Part shown: positions 58,661-64,000 of the stretch, one piece after another | How positions within the stretch are numbered: position 1 is the first letter of the stretch | Layout of the letters: each line of letters starts with the position of its first letter | From: an uncultured Haloferacaceae archaeon | Lineage (GTDB): Archaea; Halobacteriota; Halobacteria; Halobacteriales; Haloferacaceae | DNA: 64,000 nt | NCBI GenBank assembly: GCA_964503105.1 | Contig: CAZCYW010000006.1 | Coordinates: forward strand, 15,276 to 79,275 | Direction of reading: 5' to 3' | Position numbers and translations under genes: made by a program | Notes under the pieces: model-generated | Seen by the model: the letters and a program-made list of their open reading frames with translations, nothing else | Database searches by the model: none | What the model was told of the DNA's origin: nothing

Positions 58661-61161
58661 TCTCCGTTGTCGTCCGGATCATCCGGATCTTCTTCCGGAA
58701 GTTCCGACTCGTCGGGCTCCAATTCGACATCGAACTGGGTTGTTTCGAGCGGCGAGACCTCGACCGTATCGCTAGCTGAGACATAGCCATCCGCCTCAAC
58801 GACAACCGTCGGCGATCCGGGCGGAACATCCGGAAACATGTATCGACCGTCTTCGTCCGTGGTCACCGAGAGATCCGTTTCTTGGATCGAGACGGTTGCC
58901 CCAAAGATTCGATCCCCGGAGGCACTGTCAGTGACTGTTCCCGTCACCGAGCCGTCCAGTTCGTCGCCGTCAATACTGAACACGAGTTGGTCTTCGCCGT
59001 TCAGTTGGACGGGTCGAATGTCTTCGGGATCTATTCCGTCTTCAAATCGGACAACCGCGCGTAGTGTATACTCACCAGGTTGGAACTGTTCGGTCACGCT
59101 CTCGCCCGGCCCAACAGAAATAAACACCTGGTTTTCTTCGAGGTTTTCACTGTCAGAAGTGCCAGACACACTGACGGGTTCGTCGTTCGGGTTCTCTATC
59201 GTGACTGCTTGGCCGTCGACTGTGAGCGTGAGCGTTTCGAGTGCTTCTCCTTCGGCTTCGCCCTCGACGGTGAGCTCGTAGGTTTCCTCGCCGTTGATCA
59301 ACACTTCCTGCTCGGCGTCGGCCTCGCCGCTGAGGCTGTAGTTACCCGGCTCGAACTCCTCGGAGACGGTCTCTCCGGCCGGCAGTTCGATGGTATGGTC
59401 CTCAGTGCCCGCAGCCGCTGCCGAAACCGTGACCGCTGTGTCACTCGGATTGGTGAGACTTACCGTTTGGCCGTCGACTGTGGCTTCGAGTTCAATCAGC
59501 TCCGGCTGCCGGTCGTCGATCTCGACGGTGAGTTCGGGCTCGCCGTTGAGGGTCACCTCGCCCGCTGTCGCGCCGCTGAGCGTCCAGACACCAGGCTCGA
59601 ACGTCTCGCTGACTGCCTCTCGGGCCGGAACAGTGAGACTACGCTCGTCGCCATTGGCAGCGATCACGTCGACCGGCTCTTCACCGGGGTTTTCGATGGT
59701 GATCGTTGTGTCCTCAACGGTGACTGTAAGATCGAGCGGGTCTTGGGCTCCCTCACTGATCGTAATGGAGAGCGACTCCTCACCGGAGAGTTCGACCAGT
59801 CGACCGTCATCGGTTTCGGCGGTAAGCGTATACTCGCCGGGTGGAAGCGATTCAGTGATCGACTCACCTGCAGGAACGTCGACTTGCCGGTCATCGTCGC
59901 CGGTTTCGCTCGTGATTGTAACCGTCACCGACTCGTTGTTTGGGTTGGCCAGCGAGACACTTGTTTCTTCGACCGTGACAAACAGTCCGACGAGTGAATC
60001 GTCCGGTCGGTCAGTGTCCGGTGGGTCGGCGTCGGCATCCGGTTGCTCACCATCCGGTTGGTCTGCAGCCGGTGGATCGGGCTGTTCGGCGATGCCACGG
60101 GCGTAGTTGATGATGGTGACCGACTGATCAATGTTGATCTCAACAGCCAGTCGAACCGTTTCAGCCGCCGCCTGTTGGGTCTGTGTCTGAATCTGCGTGA
60201 TTGTCACCGCTTGGTACTGACTGAGCATGCCGATACAGGCCCCCCGTGCGGCCGCTTGGATCTGCGTGACCGTTGCCTCCTGACTCCCGACGACCGCGCC
60301 GGTCGCCGACGCCATCGACGTTTCTTGGACTTTCTTCGGATCCGCAGCCGGCTGGTGGGTCGCGCCGCCGGCCGCACCGAAGGCCGCCGCTTGCTGCTGT
60401 TCGATAGTCACGTCCTGTCGTTGAGTAAGTGCGCCGTAGGCACCGCCCTGTGCGGCCTCTTGAATCTGCGTGACGCTCACCGTCTGTGACTGCACCGCAC
60501 CGTTAACGGCCCCGGCGGCTCCGCCAATCGCGGCCGCCTGAATCTGTCTTACGTCGGCGTGCTGGTGCTGGGCAAGACTCCCGTGGGCCGCCCCGAAGGC
60601 CGCGTTCTGAACCTGCGTGATCTCGGCACTCTGTGATTGGGACAGCGCACCCGTCGCACCGCCGTAGGTTGCCGCCTGCAGCTGCGTTATCTCGACCGTT
60701 TGGGCCTGGACGAGCGCACCGTAGCTTCCACCATACCCGGCGGCGTACAGCTGTTCACTCTCGGCGTCGGGATACTGTGCTGCCGCATGGACAGCCCCCG
60801 CAACCGCAGCGTCCTCCTGTTCTGGGGTCAGTTCGACGCCGCTATCGGTGGCGCGCTCGATGCCATCACGAGCCCCCGACTCGGCGGGCTCACGGGCGTC
60901 ATCAGGGAGGTCAGGCTCACCGGTTGGCTCGTACTCGGCGAGTGCACGCAGTTCCTCGGCAATCGGCTCATACGCGATATCCTCACCGGCCGTCGACGCG
61001 GCGGCTGGCTCGGCGGGAGACTGTGCGAGGACACCGACGGGAGCCAAGAGAAGCCCGATGAGAAGAAACAGCGTCAGAAGGACGATTCGGTGGGTCGGTC
61101 GCCGGTTATTCCATTGGACCATGAGTGCGGAGGTGGGGTGTGTCAGGGGGTCCGTCGACAT
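58432..61161 (-). CDS. large secreted/cell-surface repeat protein with poly-acidic D/N/G-rich C-terminal tail
   Basis: 909 aa; N-terminal signal peptide (LLTLFLLIGLLLAPVGVLAQS); ~8 Q-rich 23-26-aa repeats (consensus GAAxGALxQxQxVxITQIQAAA); 4-5 ~75-aa beta-rich modules (...VTIENPxxEPV...PGEYTL); CarboxypepD_reg-like domain (GTVTDSASGDRIFGATVSIQETD...DGRYMF); ~70-aa tail of D/N/G/E. Confidence 0.6.
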   Translation of the reverse strand: MSTDPLTHPTSALMVQWNNRRPTHRIVLLTLFLLIGLLLAPVGVLAQSPAEPAAASTAGEDIAYEPIAEELRALAEYEPTGEPDLPDDAREPAESGARDGIERATDSGVELTPEQEDAAVAGAVHAAAQYPDAESEQLYAAGYGGSYGALVQAQTVEITQLQAATYGGATGALSQSQSAEITQVQNAAFGAAHGSLAQHQHADVRQIQAAAIGGAAGAVNGAVQSQTVSVTQIQEAAQGGAYGALTQRQDVTIEQQQAAAFGAAGGATHQPAADPKKVQETSMASATGAVVGSQEATVTQIQAAARGACIGMLSQYQAVTITQIQTQTQQAAAETVRLAVEINIDQSVTIINYARGIAEQPDPPAADQPDGEQPDADADPPDTDRPDDSLVGLFVTVEETSVSLANPNNESVTVTITSETGDDDRQVDVPAGESITESLPPGEYTLTAETDDGRLVELSGEESLSITISEGAQDPLDLTVTVEDTTITIENPGEEPVDVIAANGDERSLTVPAREAVSETFEPGVWTLSGATAGEVTLNGEPELTVEIDDRQPELIELEATVDGQTVSLTNPSDTAVTVSAAAAGTEDHTIELPAGETVSEEFEPGNYSLSGEADAEQEVLINGEETYELTVEGEAEGEALETLTLTVDGQAVTIENPNDEPVSVSGTSDSENLEENQVFISVGPGESVTEQFQPGEYTLRAVVRFEDGIDPEDIRPVQLNGEDQLVFSIDGDELDGSVTGTVTDSASGDRIFGATVSIQETDLSVTTDEDGRYMFPDVPPGSPTVVVEADGYVSASDTVEVSPLETTQFDVELEPDESELPEEDPDDPDDNGEENGDGEDDNGDENGDTGDDDSIDNGDDGDDNGDSNGNDDDGNDGDTGDNDSGDNSENGEEDGNGNDENGDDDSTE
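60170..60760. repeat. ~8 degenerate ~70-nt coding repeats (Q-rich peptide repeats of the secreted protein)
   Basis: recurring g(a/g)atctgcgtga(t/c)...c(a/t)c(c/t)g motifs at roughly 70-nt spacing. Confidence 0.6.
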
Positions 61162-61390
61162 CGGCTGTGACAGTCAGACGCTTCATTTCTCCAGTGATTA
61201 TTCTGTGTGTCATTGTCTATCTAGTTGTGTCGACACAGCCTAAAACGGTTGCACGAAATCACGGTATGTCAATCCGGTCTATCTGTCAGGTCTTGTTGAC
61301 ATTCGATCCGAGCAGCGGTAGCCGAGTTTTTTCGTGTCGGACGCACGATGAACCAACACATTGAATCGTTGAGCGACCAGAATCACAATA

Positions 61391-62641
61391 ATGACTCGTG
61401 CCGATATGACTGACGTCGATTTCGCAGCCTCACCGGCGGTACGCCGCCTTGCCGACTGGGACGACGGGCAACTGCAGTCGCTGGCCGCCGAACACGGAAC
61501 GCCGTTGTACGTCACTGATCTCGACCGCGTCAAGGAGAACTACCGCCGGTTTTCGGCGGCCTTCCCTGACGCGCACGTTATGTACGCGGCCAAAGCCCAC
61601 ACCGGCCAGTCGGTGCTCAAGGCGTTGCTCTCGGTCGGTGCGGACATCGAGTGTGCGGCGTGGGGCGAACTCCAACGCTCGATTGACGCCGGAGCCGACC
61701 CCAACACGCTACAGTACACCGCGGTCAACCCACCCGCACATGACCTCGATTATGCGGTCGACCTCGCTGCCGACGCCCCCGGCCTGACGATCACGATTGG
61801 CGCGACCGACACGCTTGACCGCCTTGCCGAGCGTGGCTACGAGGGCCGCGTTGCGATCCGGATCAACCCCGGTATCGGCACGGGCCACCACGAGAAGGTT
61901 GCCACCGGCAACGACGCCAAGTTCGGCATTCCCTACGAGCAGGTTCCCGAGGTAGCCGATCGCGTCCGTGAGGAGTTCGAACTCGTCGGGCTTCACTCAC
62001 ACGCGGGCAGTGGCGTGCTGACTGACGACCTCGAAGACCACTGTGCGGCGATCGAGCGCGTCGGCGAGATGGCCCGCCGGATCGGCACGCTCGAATTTGT
62101 CGACATCGGTGGCGGCTTCGGGGTTCCCTACCGCGAGGACGAACCGCCGCTCGATCTCGAAAAAACCGCCGACATGGTTCGTGAGGCGATCGGCGACATT
62201 GATGCTCAGCTCAAATTAGAGCCGGGACGGTACATCGTCGCCGACGCAGGGCTAATTTTGACGACCGTCAATACGATCAAAGAGACGCCCACCGCGACCG
62301 TCGTCGGCGTCGACGCCAGCCTTGCAACCCTGATCCGCCCGGCGATGTTCGGCTCGTACCACCCAATGCGGAACGTGAGTGCGCCCGAGCGAGAGGCCGA
62401 ACCCGTCACCGTTGGCGGCCCGGTCTGTACCAGCGCGGACGTCTTTGCGACCGATCGGCCCATCGCTCGGCCTGAGCGCCGGGATATTTTGGCGATCGGC
62501 AACGCGGGCTCGTATGGCTACGAACTCGCCAGCCAGTTTCACTCACAGCCGCGGCCCGCCGAGGTTGCTCTGGAGGCCGGCAACGCGCGTGTCGTCAGAC
62601 GACGCGAAACACTTGACGACGTGATGCGAGTCGAAAAGTAG
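61391..62641 (+). CDS. lysA: diaminopimelate decarboxylase
   Basis: 416 aa; fold-III PLP decarboxylase (YAAKAH PLP-Lys motif, GGGFG, C-terminal beta-sandwich EPGRYIVADAG). Confidence 0.85.
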   Translation: MTRADMTDVDFAASPAVRRLADWDDGQLQSLAAEHGTPLYVTDLDRVKENYRRFSAAFPDAHVMYAAKAHTGQSVLKALLSVGADIECAAWGELQRSIDAGADPNTLQYTAVNPPAHDLDYAVDLAADAPGLTITIGATDTLDRLAERGYEGRVAIRINPGIGTGHHEKVATGNDAKFGIPYEQVPEVADRVREEFELVGLHSHAGSGVLTDDLEDHCAAIERVGEMARRIGTLEFVDIGGGFGVPYREDEPPLDLEKTADMVREAIGDIDAQLKLEPGRYIVADAGLILTTVNTIKETPTATVVGVDASLATLIRPAMFGSYHPMRNVSAPEREAEPVTVGGPVCTSADVFATDRPIARPERRDILAIGNAGSYGYELASQFHSQPRPAEVALEAGNARVVRRRETLDDVMRVEK

Positions 62642-62743
62642 ACTGCGTCGGTCTCGAACGACACAAAGAACGGATTACCGGAACAGCGAATCACCAGAAC
62701 AGCGAATCAGCGGAACAACAAGCTACCAAAACGAACCGTTTTT

Positions 62744-63274
62744 TTACAGCTTGCGGGCGTAATAGACCGTGTCAATACCCGGGGCCCGGTCGTCGGCAAT
62801 CCGGCTCACGCACGTAAATGACAGGCGTTCGAGAATCGCGATGTGTGCATGATTCGTACTCCAGGTTTTCGTTGAGAGCGACGGTGCTTGGAGATCCGAC
62901 GGAAGTGAATTCAATAAAACGTCATAGAGCTGTGTTGCAATTCCGTTGTTTCGATACGCCTCGTCAATAAGCAGAACAGCGATGTAATTTGTCGGCGTGT
63001 ACGCATCGAGCACGTCGCTGTTGGTAAGGCGGTCAAATGACATGAAGCCACAGAGCCGGTCGCCCTCAAACGCAGCAATCATCGGTCGCGACAGACACCG
63101 GTCGACGTAGCCATCGATATCGGTCGGCCCCTCGTCGCCGTCGCCGGACTGAGAAACCGTGGCCCGTTCGCTTGCGGTGAGTGGCGGCACGAAGGCATCG
63201 TCGCCTGCGGCGAGTAACGCTCGAATCCGGTCCTCGTATTCATGGGGTGTTCTGAGGAGTCTCACAGAAACCAT
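62744..63274 (-). CDS. GNAT-family N-acetyltransferase
   Basis: 176 aa; acetyl-CoA motif region (YRNNGIATQLYDVLL). Confidence 0.6.
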   Translation of the reverse strand: MVSVRLLRTPHEYEDRIRALLAAGDDAFVPPLTASERATVSQSGDGDEGPTDIDGYVDRCLSRPMIAAFEGDRLCGFMSFDRLTNSDVLDAYTPTNYIAVLLIDEAYRNNGIATQLYDVLLNSLPSDLQAPSLSTKTWSTNHAHIAILERLSFTCVSRIADDRAPGIDTVYYARKL

Positions 63275-63464
63275 ATAACACAGATAACGAGGAGCGGGCC
63301 AAAACGGCCTCGCTTCGGTGTGGCATCGATCGTGATACTCACTGTAATCGACACCATCGAGACGGACAGTTTATCAGAACCGCCCGGTGAGTGGTAGATA
63401 GATCCGAACGGTCCGTTGTGTGCGTTCCTAACCCTCAGCCCGACCGTTCAACCAATAGGCATCT

Positions 63465-64000
63465 ATGGAATTTGATATTGAAACGTTCCACGCGACGGCG
63501 GTGCAGACCCCTTCGAATGAAGCTGTCGGGCCAATGCGTGACGTGCTCGTTGAGACACTCACCGAGGCTGGCTATTCGCCACGCGTTGACGACCTGGGAA
63601 ACGTCATTGCCAGCCGCGCTGGGACCGACACTACTGAATCAGACAGTCATCAATCGATAGGCCCACACATCGTTCTCAATACGCATATTGACACCGTCTC
63701 ACCGCACATTCCGTACGCTCGAGAGGGTGATGTCATCCGTGGACGGGGGGCCTGCGACGCCAAGGGCCCGCTTGCGGCGTTGGTCGCGGCGTTTCTCCGA
63801 ACCGATCCCGGTTCGGGACGGCTGACACTGGCGATTACGCCGAACGAGGAGACGATTCAGACGGGAGCCGCCAGGCTCAAAGAGACGCTTTCGGCCGACG
63901 GTTACATTGTCGGCGAACCAACCGATCTCGACGTCTGTATTGCTGCCCGCGGACAGTGCGAAGCGACGATTACGGTTTCGGGAGCCGGTGGTCACGCCGC
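63465..64000 (+). CDS. dapE: M20-family deacylase, probable succinyl-diaminopimelate desuccinylase (5' fragment, runs off window)
   Basis: ATG 63465 (MEFDIETFHATAV...); M20 motifs NTHIDTV and RGACDAKG; truncated at the window edge; sits in dap context. Confidence 0.6.
   Translation, partial: MEFDIETFHATAVQTPSNEAVGPMRDVLVETLTEAGYSPRVDDLGNVIASRAGTDTTESDSHQSIGPHIVLNTHIDTVSPHIPYAREGDVIRGRGACDAKGPLAALVAAFLRTDPGSGRLTLAITPNEETIQTGAARLKETLSADGYIVGEPTDLDVCIAARGQCEATITVSGAGGHA

Noticed and set aside
1-64000. Search for tRNA/rRNA genes, transposases, integrases, restriction-modification or other defence markers
   Set aside because: None recognised by eye in any intergenic region or ORF translation. 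Intergenic regions are short (mostly <250 nt) and show no tRNA-like cloverleaf candidates.

Overview
High-GC (~65%) chromosomal segment from a haloarchaeon (class Halobacteria). Evidence: acidic proteomes, an archaeal TFB gene, a ctaA-ctaB fusion, and D/E-rich insertions in housekeeping enzymes. About 60 protein genes pack the window densely, mostly core metabolism. Glycolysis/gluconeogenesis and the Entner-Doudoroff route: class II aldolase, pyruvate kinase, PEP synthase, KDPG aldolase. TCA: citrate synthase. A lysine/diaminopimelate cluster (dapA, dapB, dapD, dapF, lysA, dapE 5' fragment) is interrupted by non-pathway genes. Also present: metG, riboflavin synthase, mfnA-type decarboxylase, hpt, several proteases (M20, M32, M24-like), a UvrD-like helicase, and TFB. 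The coxB / ctaA-ctaB heme-A module sits beside a sensor histidine kinase. An ABC-2 exporter and three universal stress protein genes are present. I recognise no rRNA, tRNA, CRISPR array, transposase or integrase. Items worth a second look: (1) an overlapping pair encoding a Zn-ribbon/TM/NodB-type polysaccharide deacetylase and a processive QxxRW-type GT2 synthase, resembling a PNAG-like exopolysaccharide module; (2) a YdbS/YdbT-like bPH_2 membrane pair with an 11-aa acidic tandem-repeat tail; (3) a protein made of three tandem HTH-like modules; (4) a 909-aa secreted repeat protein with an extreme D/N/G tail, encoded antisense inside the dap cluster; (5) a ~0.7 kb low-GC islet with atypical codon usage between dapB and dapD; (6) a UvrD-like helicase overlapping a divergent M24-like gene by 4 nt; (7) a ctaAB-adjacent membrane protein carrying a CxxCSWP motif next to an Rdx/SelW-like CxxC protein; (8) a Tat-signal-bearing double winged-helix protein. 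Gene starts are approximate to within a few codons (GTG/TTG starts are common in these genomes). All functional calls rest on by-eye motif and family recognition; none were checked against a database.
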